From positions 186,001 to 250,000 of the forward strand of contig NZ_BAABFP010000007.1 in assembly GCF_039541115.1 (NCBI RefSeq): a stretch of DNA of 64,000 bases, read 5' to 3'. The notes below the pieces were generated by a model. It made no database searches and had not been told where the DNA came from. It worked only from the letters and a program-made list of their open reading frames with translations. The translations under genes were made by a program, and so were the position numbers. This document shows positions 40,568 to 49,616 of this stretch, piece after piece; the stretch's first letter is position 1, and each line of letters starts with the position of its first letter. The stretch comes from Angustibacter luteus (GTDB lineage Bacteria > Actinomycetota > Actinomycetes > Actinomycetales > Angustibacteraceae).

Positions 40568-41076
40568 GGCGGAGTCGGCGAGCAGCCCACCCGCTCGCCC
40601 GGCGCCTGCCTCCAGCGGGCGACGACAGCGGGCAGCTCAGCCTGCTGATCCTCGGCTACCTTGTGGTGGCGCTCGCCCTGGTCGTCGTCGTGGTCGACGC
40701 GACCGCCGTCCACCTCGCCCGGACCCAGCTGCTCGACGCCGCCGACGCGGCCGCGCTCGACGCCGCCGACGCCGTCGACGAAGGCGGCGTCTACGGCGGT
40801 TCGGGCGTGGGTGGGGGAGAGGGCGGGGACCAGATCAGGCTGACCGACGCCGCGGTGCGGCGGCAGGTGCGCGACTACCTCGCCGGGTACCCGCCGCCGC
40901 GTCGGCTGACCGAGCTGACGGTGGCCCGCGGGACGGGCGCCACTGACGGCGCGAGCGCCACGGTCGTGCTCACCGGCGACGTCCGGCTCCCCATCGGCGG
41001 CTGGGTCGTGGCCGGGCTGAGCGACGGCATCTCCGTCACCGTGCGCTCGACGGCCACCGCGCGGCTCCAGCCTTGA
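40564..41076 (+). CDS. TadG-like pilus protein
   Basis: DSG|QLSLLIL..., LLDAADAAALDAA. Confidence 0.78.
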   Translation: MRRSRRAAHPLARRLPPAGDDSGQLSLLILGYLVVALALVVVVVDATAVHLARTQLLDAADAAALDAADAVDEGGVYGGSGVGGGEGGDQIRLTDAAVRRQVRDYLAGYPPPRRLTELTVARGTGATDGASATVVLTGDVRLPIGGWVVAGLSDGISVTVRSTATARLQP

Positions 41077-41089
41077 GCGGGACCGCGGC

Positions 41090-41638
41090 TCAGGCCTCGC
41101 GGCCCAGGAACGCCAGCAGCTTCGTCTGCTCGTCGGCGTCGTCCGGCACCTCGACCTCCGGACCGAAGGCGCCGGGGGAGCGCAGCGCGTCGCCGAACCC
41201 CTCGACGTCCTGCCAGGCCCGCTCGATCTCGTCCTGCGGGATGGTCAGGTCCCCGCCGGTGGCCTTCGCCAGGTCCCAGCGGTGCGTCACCAGGTCACCC
41301 GAGAGGAACGTGTCCACCGCCTTCGCGAACGAGGAGCGCCCGAAGAACCCGTCGAACTCCACGTCCGCGAGCGCCGGGTCGGCCAGCTCCTCCTCCACCT
41401 GCGTCCGGACCGCCTCGAACGCACCCAGCGGGTCGTCGTCCACCGAGGGCCCCGGCCGCTGCTCGCGCCCCACGAGCTCCTCGAACATCGACAACGTCGA
41501 CACCACGTGCGCGACCACGCCGCGCGCATCCCAGTCCGGGCACGGCGACGGGCTGTCCCAGCGGTCCGGCGGTACCGCGCGGATGGTGTCCGCGAAGGCG
41601 TCGGCGTTGCGGCGGTAGCGGTCCAGGATCTGTGTCAT
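41090..41638 (-). CDS. TIGR03086-like metal-binding protein (MDMPI/DinB superfamily)
   Basis: WDSPSPCPDWDARGVVAHV, HRWDLAKATG, LLAFLGR. Confidence 0.88.
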   Translation of the reverse strand: MTQILDRYRRNADAFADTIRAVPPDRWDSPSPCPDWDARGVVAHVVSTLSMFEELVGREQRPGPSVDDDPLGAFEAVRTQVEEELADPALADVEFDGFFGRSSFAKAVDTFLSGDLVTHRWDLAKATGGDLTIPQDEIERAWQDVEGFGDALRSPGAFGPEVEVPDDADEQTKLLAFLGREA

Positions 41639-41717
41639 GCCACCACCCTCACGCGGATCCCGCGGCACCGCTTGAACGAACGCGACACCGTCGCGCCCAC
41701 CTCCTAGGCTCGCCAGC

Positions 41718-42536
41718 GTGGTGCAGCCCGCCGAGCAGGACAGCCGCGGCATCGTCGACCCCGCCGCCGGCCTGGACCGGTTCGCGCTCGACCGGCACGC
41801 GCCGTCCGATCACGTCGCCCGCTACGTCGGCTGGTACTGGGTCGTCACCTGGGACCTGCCGCCCGGCCAGTCCTACCCCCAGCACGTGCTGCCGCACCCC
41901 GTCGTCAACCTGGTCATCGAGCGGGCCTCGGCGCTCGCCGTGGGGGTGCACCGCGGGCAGACCACCAAGGTGCTCCAGGGCCACGGGCGCGCCCTCGGCG
42001 TGATGTTCCGACCCGGCGGCTTCAGCCCCCTCGCCCCCGGACCCATGACCCAGCTCACCGACCGGGCCGCGCACCTCGTCGACTGGCTCGGGCCAGCCGC
42101 CGGCCAGTGGGCGGACGACGTCCGCGGTGCTCGCGACCAGACCGCGATGGTCGCCGCGGCCGAACGCTTCCTGGGCGGGCGCCTGCCCGCCGGTCGCCAC
42201 CCCTGCGAGGCTGCCACCGCGCTCGTCGACGAGGTGGTCGCCGACCCGACGCTGCGCCGCGTCGACGCCCTCGCCGCGCACGCCGGGGTCAGCGAGCGGA
42301 CCCTGCAGCGGATGTTCGCCGAGCACGTCGGGGTCTCGCCCAAGTGGGTCATCCGCCGGTACCGGATCTACGAGGCGGCCGAGGCCGTCGCGCACGGGCA
42401 GGACGTCGTCTGGGCCGACCTGGCGGCCGACCTCGGCTTCGCCGACCAGGCCCACCTGACCCGCGAGTTCAAGCAGGCCTTCGGGGTGCCACCGGCCGAG
42501 TACGCCGTGCGGCAGCGGGCCGCGGCCGCAGGTTGA
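41718..42536 (+). CDS. AraC family transcriptional regulator
   Basis: [29 protein letters not shown]; divergent from the TIGR03086-like gene. Confidence 0.9.
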   Translation: MVQPAEQDSRGIVDPAAGLDRFALDRHAPSDHVARYVGWYWVVTWDLPPGQSYPQHVLPHPVVNLVIERASALAVGVHRGQTTKVLQGHGRALGVMFRPGGFSPLAPGPMTQLTDRAAHLVDWLGPAAGQWADDVRGARDQTAMVAAAERFLGGRLPAGRHPCEAATALVDEVVADPTLRRVDALAAHAGVSERTLQRMFAEHVGVSPKWVIRRYRIYEAAEAVAHGQDVVWADLAADLGFADQAHLTREFKQAFGVPPAEYAVRQRAAAAG

Positions 42537-42588
42537 TGATCTCTCCCACGTGCCGTCCCGCCCGCCCTCTGCCGTAGATTGGACGCTC

Positions 42589-43704
42589 GTGGCCGCCGTC
42601 GACTTCCCCGCTGAGCTCCGAGACCTCCGAACGACCGTCGAGTCGATCCGGCAGGTGACGGACGTCGGGCGCCTCAAGGCCGACATCGCCGACCTCGAGC
42701 AGCAGTCCGCCGCACCGGACCTGTGGGACGACCCCGAGGCCGCGCAGAAGGTCACCAGCAGGCTCAGCCACCTCGGCGCCGAGCTCGAGCGCTACGAGAC
42801 GATCGCCCAGCGCGTCGACGACCTCGAGGTGCTCGTGCAGATGGCCGAGGAGGAGGACGACGCCGACACCCTCGCCGAGGCCGAGCGCGAGCTCACCTCG
42901 CTGCGCAAGGCCGTGGGGGAGCTCGAGGTCCGCACCCTGCTCAACGGCGAGATGGACGAGCGCGAGGCGCTGGTCACCATCCGCGCCGAGGCTGGTGGCG
43001 TGGACGCCGCCGACTTCGCCGAGATGCTGCTGCGCATGTACCTGCGCTGGGCCGAGCGGCACGGCTACGGCACCGAGGTGATGGACACCTCGTACGCCGA
43101 GGAGGCGGGCCTGAAGTCCGCCACCTTCGCCGTCCACGCCCCGTACGCCTACGGCACGCTGCAGGTCGAGCAGGGCACCCACCGGCTGGTCCGGATCAGC
43201 CCCTTCGACAACCAGGGACGCCGCCAGACCAGCTTCGCCGGCGTCGAGGTGCTGCCGGTCACCGAGGTCACCGACCACGTGGACATCCCCGAGGCCGAGA
43301 TCAAGGTCGACGTGTTCCGCTCGTCCGGCCCCGGCGGCCAGAGCGTCAACACCACCGACTCCGCCGTCCGGATGACGCACATCCCGACCGGCATCGTGGT
43401 CTCGATGCAGAACGAGAAGTCGCAGATCCAGAACCGCGCCGCCGCGCTCAAGGTGCTGCAGTCCCGGCTGCTGCAGGTGCGCAAGGCCGAGGAGCGGGCC
43501 GCCATGGACGCCCTCAAGGGGGACGGCGGGTCCAGCTGGGGCAACCAGATGCGCTCCTACGTGCTGCACCCGTACCAGATGGTCAAGGACCTGCGCACCG
43601 AGCACGAGGTCGGCAACACCAGCGCCGTGTTCGACGGCGACATCGACGGATTCCTTGAGGCCGGTATCCGCTGGAAGCGCACCAGCGACCGCGCCGAGGC
43701 CTAA
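42589..43704 (+). CDS. prfB: Peptide chain release factor 2
   Basis: HRLVRISPF (SPF), [30 protein letters not shown]; single continuous frame. Confidence 0.97.
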   Translation: MAAVDFPAELRDLRTTVESIRQVTDVGRLKADIADLEQQSAAPDLWDDPEAAQKVTSRLSHLGAELERYETIAQRVDDLEVLVQMAEEEDDADTLAEAERELTSLRKAVGELEVRTLLNGEMDEREALVTIRAEAGGVDAADFAEMLLRMYLRWAERHGYGTEVMDTSYAEEAGLKSATFAVHAPYAYGTLQVEQGTHRLVRISPFDNQGRRQTSFAGVEVLPVTEVTDHVDIPEAEIKVDVFRSSGPGGQSVNTTDSAVRMTHIPTGIVVSMQNEKSQIQNRAAALKVLQSRLLQVRKAEERAAMDALKGDGGSSWGNQMRSYVLHPYQMVKDLRTEHEVGNTSAVFDGDIDGFLEAGIRWKRTSDRAEA

Positions 43705-43777
43705 GCGACACCAATCCGCAACGCCCGGTCACCCGAAGTTACCGGGAGTGCTCAGCTTCGCCACGTACCCTGAGCCG

Positions 43778-44467
43778 GTGATCCGGCTCGACAACGTGAC
43801 CAAGTCCTACGCCTCGGGGCAGCGCCCTGCCCTCGACAAGGTGTCCGTGGAGGTGGAGCGCGGCGAGTTCGTCTTCATCGTCGGCGCCTCCGGCTCCGGC
43901 AAGTCGACCCTGCTGCGGCTCGTCCTCAAGGAGGAGAAGGCCACCTCCGGGACCGTGCACGTCGCCGGGCGCGACCTGGCCGCCCTGTCCAGCCGCCGGG
44001 TGCCGATGCTGCGCCGCCAGATGGGCGCCGTCTTCCAGGACTTCCGGCTGCTGCCCAGCAAGACCGTGTTCCAGAACGTCGCCTTCGCGCTGCAGGTCAT
44101 CGGCAAGCCGCGCCACACCATCAGCCAGGTCGTCCCCGAGACCCTCGAGCTGGTCGGGCTGGGCGGCAAGGAGAACCGCATGCCGCACGAGCTCTCCGGC
44201 GGTGAGCAGCAGCGCGTCGCCATCGCCCGGGCCTTCGTGAACCGGCCCGCGATCCTGCTCGCCGACGAGCCCACCGGCAACCTCGACCCGACCACCAGCA
44301 TCGGCATCATGCGGCTGCTGGACCGGATCAACCGGACCGGCACCACCATCGTCATGGCCACCCACGACGACGAGATCGTGGACCAGATGCGCAAGCGCGT
44401 CGTGGAGCTCGAGGACGGCCACCTGGTGCGCGACCAGGCCCGCGGCGTCTACGGCTCCCAGCGCTAG
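43778..44467 (+). CDS. ftsE: Cell division ATP-binding protein FtsE
   Basis: [36 protein letters not shown]; lies between prfB and ftsX. Confidence 0.95.
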   Translation: MIRLDNVTKSYASGQRPALDKVSVEVERGEFVFIVGASGSGKSTLLRLVLKEEKATSGTVHVAGRDLAALSSRRVPMLRRQMGAVFQDFRLLPSKTVFQNVAFALQVIGKPRHTISQVVPETLELVGLGGKENRMPHELSGGEQQRVAIARAFVNRPAILLADEPTGNLDPTTSIGIMRLLDRINRTGTTIVMATHDDEIVDQMRKRVVELEDGHLVRDQARGVYGSQR

Positions 44468-44498
44468 GCAGTACCGAACCACCGACCCGAAGGAAGTC

Positions 44499-45407
44499 AT
44501 GCGCCTGCAGTTCGTGCTCAGCGAGATGGTGATCGGCCTGCGCCGGAACCTGTCGATGACGGTTTCGCTGGTCCTGGTGACCATGGTGTCGTTGGTCTTC
44601 TTCGGCTTCGGACTGCTGTCCAGCATGCAGGTCAACGAGATGAAGGACTTCTGGTACGGCAAGGTCGAGGTCTGGATCGCGCTCTGCCCGGCGCGCTCGC
44701 TCGAGCCCTCGTGCGCCACCGGTGAGGTCACCCAGGCGCAGAAGGATCAGCTGAGCGCCCAGCTCGACTCGCTGAAGCCGCTGGTCAAGACCGTCTACTT
44801 CGAGTCCAAGGACGAGGCGTACAACCACTTCGTCCAGCAGTTCAAGGACTCGGCGATCAAGGACAGCGTCAAGCCCGACCAGATGCAGGAGAGCTTCCGG
44901 GTCAAGCTCTCCGACCCGAAGAAGTACGACGTGGTGGCCAGCGCGTTCGAGGGCGCACCAGGCGTCGAGCGGGTGATCGACCAACGCAAGCTGCTCAGCA
45001 CGCTGTTCTACGCCCTGAACCGGATCACCATCGGTGCCTGGATCTTCGCCGGGGCCATGACGCTGTCCGCCGTCCTGCTGGTCGCCACGACCGTGCGGTT
45101 GTCCGCCTTCAACCGCAGACGCGAGATCGGCATCATGCGGCTGGTCGGGGCGTCCAACCTGTTCATCCAGCTGCCCTTCCTGCTCGAGGCGATCCTGGCC
45201 ACCGTGCTCGGGTCGGTGATCGCCATCGGCACGCTGTGGGCGCTGACCCACTTCGCGGTGCAGGGCTGGCTCGCGCAGAAGATGCAGTTCATCCCGTTCG
45301 TGACGGGTGCCGACGTGCTCAGCATCGCCCCGATCGTGGCCGGCATCGGTCTCGTCATCGCGGTGCTGACGTCGTTCCTGACGATGCGGCGCTACCTCAA
45401 GGTCTGA
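44499..45407 (+). CDS. ftsX: Cell division permease FtsX
   Basis: GLRRNLSMT, RRREIGIMRLVGASNLFIQLPF. Confidence 0.95.
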   Translation: MRLQFVLSEMVIGLRRNLSMTVSLVLVTMVSLVFFGFGLLSSMQVNEMKDFWYGKVEVWIALCPARSLEPSCATGEVTQAQKDQLSAQLDSLKPLVKTVYFESKDEAYNHFVQQFKDSAIKDSVKPDQMQESFRVKLSDPKKYDVVASAFEGAPGVERVIDQRKLLSTLFYALNRITIGAWIFAGAMTLSAVLLVATTVRLSAFNRRREIGIMRLVGASNLFIQLPFLLEAILATVLGSVIAIGTLWALTHFAVQGWLAQKMQFIPFVTGADVLSIAPIVAGIGLVIAVLTSFLTMRRYLKV

Positions 45408-45512
45408 GGCGCTCGCCTCCCCGGTTTCGGCTGATGCTTGTGATACCAATGTGACGTCTGGGACGTCACCGTGCGTGCCCGCGCCGGTACCCAACACCGA
45501 GGAGCACTGCCC

Positions 45513-46763
45513 ATGCGACTGGCCCGCACGTCGCGGCTGACCCTGGCCGCCGTCGTCACGGCCCTCGTGGCCACGCTGATCGCACCGGCGGGAACCGCCA
45601 ACGCCGGGCCGGCCGACAAGAAGAAGCAGGTCGATCGCAAGATCAACGCCCTGCAGGACGACCTGGAGGACACCTCCGCCGACCTGGTCGCCGCCTACCG
45701 CAAGCTGCAGCGGATCGAGGGTCAGCTGCCCGCGGCCAAGGCCGAGGTCGTCGCCGCCCAGGCCAAGCTGGCCGCCGCGCGGGCCCACGATGCCGAGGTC
45801 GGCCGACAGCTCACCGTGGCCCGGGCGCAGGAGGCCAAGGCCGACGACGACCTCGCCGCCACCCAGGCCTCCACCAGCGAGACCACCGACAAGCTGGCCA
45901 GCATCGCCCGGCAGGCCTACCAGACCGCCGGCATGGGTGAGCTCACCGTTGCCCTGCAGGCGCAGAGCGCCGACGACTTCGCCCAGCGCGTGGTGTCCGT
46001 CGACACCGCCATGTCGCTGCAGGGCCAGGCGCTCGCCCAGCTGGACGTCGACCGCGCCCAGATCCAGGCCAAGCAGGCCCGGCTGGTCGCCGTCCGCCAG
46101 CAGGTGGCCGCCCTCAAGGCCAGGGCCGAAGCCGGACTGGCCCGAGCCGCCGTCCTGGAGCAGCAGGCCGAGGCCGCCCAGGCCCGCCTGCAGGCCCTCG
46201 TCGCCGACCAGGCCCAGACGGTCCGCGCCATCTCCGCCCGCAAGGCCGCCGAGCGCAAGCGGCTCAACGCCCTCGAGGTCCAGGCCCGCAGGCTGCGCGC
46301 CCAGCTCGCCGCCATCGCCCGCGCCCAGCTGCGTCGCGCGCACAGCACGGGCGGCGGCATGCCGTCCGGCGGCTTCCTGTCCCGCCCGGTCGCCGGCGGC
46401 TGGATCTCCTCGGAGTTCGGCCGCCGGTTCCACCCGATCCTGCACTACTGGCGCCTGCACGCCGGCATGGACTTCGCCGTGGGCTGCGGCACCCCCGTGC
46501 ACGCGGCGGCCAACGGGAGCGTGGTCAGCGCCGGCTGGGGCGGCGGCTACGGCAACCGCATCGTCGTCTCGCACGGCGTCGTCAAGGGCGTCAGCCTGGC
46601 CACGTCGTACAACCACCTGTCCCGGATCATCGTGCACGGCGGGCACGTGAGCCGCGGCCAGCTGATCGGCTACTCCGGGACCACCGGCAGCTCCACCGGA
46701 TGCCACCTGCACTTCGAGACCTACGACAACGGCACGCCGGTCAACCCGCGTCGCTGGCTCTGA
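45513..46763 (+). CDS. Coiled-coil M23 family peptidoglycan endopeptidase
   Basis: Signal peptide, long coiled coil, [18 protein letters not shown]. Confidence 0.9.
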   Translation: MRLARTSRLTLAAVVTALVATLIAPAGTANAGPADKKKQVDRKINALQDDLEDTSADLVAAYRKLQRIEGQLPAAKAEVVAAQAKLAAARAHDAEVGRQLTVARAQEAKADDDLAATQASTSETTDKLASIARQAYQTAGMGELTVALQAQSADDFAQRVVSVDTAMSLQGQALAQLDVDRAQIQAKQARLVAVRQQVAALKARAEAGLARAAVLEQQAEAAQARLQALVADQAQTVRAISARKAAERKRLNALEVQARRLRAQLAAIARAQLRRAHSTGGGMPSGGFLSRPVAGGWISSEFGRRFHPILHYWRLHAGMDFAVGCGTPVHAAANGSVVSAGWGGGYGNRIVVSHGVVKGVSLATSYNHLSRIIVHGGHVSRGQLIGYSGTTGSSTGCHLHFETYDNGTPVNPRRWL

Positions 46764-46857
46764 GTCGGCGGAACTCGATAGGGCCGCGCCGCGTCCGACC
46801 GGTAGCGTGTCCGGTCGGCGACACGGGATCGCCGGTCAGCAGCAAGGAGACAGCACG

Positions 46858-47328
46858 GTGGCCAAGGAGTCGGGGCGCAAGCTCATCGCGAGCAACCGCA
46901 AGGCGCGGCACGACTACACGATCGAGGACGTCTTCGAGGCCGGCATCGTGCTGTCCGGCACCGAGGTGAAGTCGCTGCGCGCCGGACGCGCGTCGCTGGT
47001 CGACGGGTTCGTCAGCTTCTACGGGCACGAGGCGTGGCTCGAGGCCGTGCACATCGCCGAGTACGTGTCCGGTACCTGGACCAACCACCCCCCGCGCCGC
47101 CGACGCAAGCTGCTGCTGCACCGCGACGAGATCACCCGGCTCGAGCAGGCGGTGAACCAGAGCGGCCTGACCGTCGTCCCCCTGCAGCTGTACTTCCTGG
47201 ACGGTCGGGCGAAGGTCGAGATCGCCCTCGCCCGGGGCAAGAAGAACTACGACAAGCGGCAGGCGCTGCGCGAGCGGCAGGACAACCGCGAGGCCGACCG
47301 CGCGATGTCCCGGCGCGAGTCGCAGTGA
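46858..47328 (+). CDS. smpB: SsrA-binding protein
   Basis: [37 protein letters not shown]. Confidence 0.96.
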   Translation: MAKESGRKLIASNRKARHDYTIEDVFEAGIVLSGTEVKSLRAGRASLVDGFVSFYGHEAWLEAVHIAEYVSGTWTNHPPRRRRKLLLHRDEITRLEQAVNQSGLTVVPLQLYFLDGRAKVEIALARGKKNYDKRQALRERQDNREADRAMSRRESQ

Positions 47329-49205
47329 AGCGCCGCATCGGACGGCGCGTCGCAGGGCTCGCGGTCGTGGTGGCTGCCGCCGTCGGCGTCGGACTCGGGA
47401 CGGCGGCTCCGGCCCTCGCCGCGGACACCGAGTCGATCCGCAGCTTCCAGGCCAAGGTCACCGTGGACGACAGCGGCGCCCTGCACATCACCGAGACCAT
47501 CGAGTACCAGTTCTCCGGCAGCGACCACCACGGCATCGAGCGCGACCTGACCACGATGCAGAGCGTGGACGGCAGCGACCAGGTGCGCGTGTACCCGGTG
47601 AGCGACGTCCGGGTCTCCAGCCCCAGCGGCGCGCCGGACGACGAGGAGACGCAGGATCTCGGGTCCACGACGCGGATCAGGATCGGCGACCCGAACGAGA
47701 CGGTCTCGGGCACCCAGACCTACGTCATCGCCTACACGGTGAAGGGTGCCTTCAACCGGTTCACCGAACCGCAGACCGCTGCCGACGGCACCGTCACCGC
47801 GCCGCACGACGAGCTGTACTGGAACCTGACCGGCGACGAGTGGGAGGTGCCGATCGAGTCGGTTCAGGCCACCGTGACCGCGCCGCAGCCAGCCACGGCG
47901 GCGCAGTGCTTCCAAGGCGCGCGCGGGTCCACCGACACCTGCCCGGCGACCGCAGGCGCGACGTCGACGTTCAGGTCGACCGGTCTCCAGCCGCACCAGG
48001 GCATGTCGATCCTCCTGGCCTACCCGCTGAACACCGTCTCGGACGTCGCCCCGATCCTGCAGGACCCGCCGCGCGACGGCCTCGACCAGCTGCTCGACGT
48101 CTCGCCCTTCTCGATCGGCGGGGCCGTGCTGCTCTTCGGGCTGATCGCCGGGGGCATGTCGCTGCTGGTCCGGCGCCGGGGGCGGGACGCCGCCTACGTG
48201 GGCCTGACTCCCGGGCTCCTGCCGGTCAGCGGACAGCAGGTCGGCGAGCAGCCCGTCACCCGTCAACCCAAGGACGTCGCCGTCCAGTTCACCCCGCCCG
48301 CCGGGCTGCACCCCGGCCAGATCGGCACCCTGATGGACGAGGTCGCCAACCCGGTGGACGTCACGGCGACCATCATCGACCTCGCCGTGCGCGGGTTCCT
48401 GCGGATCGAGGAGATCACCAACGACAAGGGCACCAAGGTCAAGGACTGGCGGCTCATCGTGGTGCTGCCGGCGCCGGCCGAGCAGCTCGAGGCCTACGAG
48501 CTGGCGCTCATGCAGGCGCTGTTCAAGGGGCGCGACCAGGTGGAGCTCAAGGGCGAGCTGCGCAACACGTTCGCCAGCGACCTGAAGGCCACCCAGACCC
48601 GGCTGTACGACGACGTCACAGCGCGCGGCTGGTTCCGCGGCAACCCCGAGTCCGTGCGCGGCCTGTGGCGGATGCTGGGACTGGCCCTCATGGGGCTCGG
48701 CTTCGTCGCGCTCTTCTTCGGTGGGCTCAGCTCGATCAACCTGCTCGTCCCCGCCGCGGGCGTGTTCGCCGGCGGGCTCGTCGTCCTGCTGATGGCCAAG
48801 CGGATGCCCGCCCGCACGGCCGAGGGCACCGCGGTGCTCACCCAGGCGCAGGGGTTCCGGCGGTACCTGGAGACCGCCGAGGCCGACCAGATCCGGTTCG
48901 AGGAGGGTCAGGACCTGTTCAGCCGGTACCTGCCCTACGCGATCATCTTCGGCGTCGCCGACCGCTGGGCCAAGGTCTTCGACGACCTGGCCAAGTCCGG
49001 CGCCGCCGTGAACGCCCCCACCTGGTACGTCGGCCACACCCCCACCTGGAGCTACTACTGGCTCGGCGCCAGCATGAGCAGCTTCGAGACGACCTCGAAC
49101 TCGAGCCTCGTCTCCACCCCGGCCTCGTCGGGGAGCAGTGGCTTCAGCGGCGGCGGCGGCTTCTCGGGCGGCGGCGGCGGAGGCGGTGGCGGCGGGTCCT
49201 GGTAG
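47325..49205 (+). CDS. DUF2207 family membrane protein
   Basis: Signal peptide, [27 protein letters not shown], Gly-rich C-terminus GGGGGGSW. Confidence 0.88.
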   Translation: MKRRIGRRVAGLAVVVAAAVGVGLGTAAPALAADTESIRSFQAKVTVDDSGALHITETIEYQFSGSDHHGIERDLTTMQSVDGSDQVRVYPVSDVRVSSPSGAPDDEETQDLGSTTRIRIGDPNETVSGTQTYVIAYTVKGAFNRFTEPQTAADGTVTAPHDELYWNLTGDEWEVPIESVQATVTAPQPATAAQCFQGARGSTDTCPATAGATSTFRSTGLQPHQGMSILLAYPLNTVSDVAPILQDPPRDGLDQLLDVSPFSIGGAVLLFGLIAGGMSLLVRRRGRDAAYVGLTPGLLPVSGQQVGEQPVTRQPKDVAVQFTPPAGLHPGQIGTLMDEVANPVDVTATIIDLAVRGFLRIEEITNDKGTKVKDWRLIVVLPAPAEQLEAYELALMQALFKGRDQVELKGELRNTFASDLKATQTRLYDDVTARGWFRGNPESVRGLWRMLGLALMGLGFVALFFGGLSSINLLVPAAGVFAGGLVVLLMAKRMPARTAEGTAVLTQAQGFRRYLETAEADQIRFEEGQDLFSRYLPYAIIFGVADRWAKVFDDLAKSGAAVNAPTWYVGHTPTWSYYWLGASMSSFETTSNSSLVSTPASSGSSGFSGGGGFSGGGGGGGGGGSW

Positions 49206-49210
49206 GGGTC

Positions 49211-49289
49211 GCGGAGGGTGTGCGGTCGGGGTGCCGCGGCTCTCGCAAGCTCGTTTGACGCCGCGGCACCCCGACCGCACACCCTTCGC
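49211..49289 (-). repeat. Hairpin repeat family A, copy 2
   Basis: 26-bp perfect arms (49215-49240 / 49260-49285) around loop TCTCGCAAGCTCGTTTGAC. Confidence 0.9.
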
Positions 49290-49366
49290 TCGGTCTCGTC
49301 GTCCGCGGACGCCGACTTCGCTGCGCTCAGCGGCGAAGGGCACGCGCCTCGCAGAGCTCGGCCGGG

Positions 49367-49443
49367 CGCTTCCGCCACTCAGGCCGGAATGTGCCGCCGG
49401 AAACCGGCCTGGGTCGCGGAAACCGGACTGAGCGGCGGAAGCG
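49367..49443. repeat. Long inverted repeat (21-bp arms, 2 mismatches)
   Basis: CGCTTCCGCCACTCAGGCCGG ... CCGGACTGAGCGGCGGAAGCG. Confidence 0.75.
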
Positions 49444-49519
49444 GGGTGCCATACCCACTCGACCCCGAGCCCTACAAGGTGAGCTGAGAGCGTCAGCTGA
49501 CCAGGACGCTCGCGAAGCA

Positions 49520-49599
49520 GAGCGCGGACGCGGACACCCGAAGGGCGGCGTCAAACGAGCTTGCGAGAGCCGCCCGTAGCGGTGTCTGCGTCCGCGCTC
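49520..49599 (+). repeat. Hairpin repeat family A, copy 3
   Basis: GAGCGCGGACGCGGACACC-CGAA-GGGCGGC [19-nt loop] GCCGCCC-GTAGC-GGTGTCTGCGTCCGCGCTC. Confidence 0.9.
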
Positions 49600-49616
49600 G
49601 GCACCACAGACGAGAC

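Noticed and set aside
42589..42700. Programmed +1 frameshift in prfB
   Set aside because: No CTTTGA slippery site; the ORF is continuous, as is usual in Actinobacteria.
49140..49200. GGC-rich tandem repeat
   Set aside because: Encodes the normal Gly-rich C-terminus of DUF2207 proteins.
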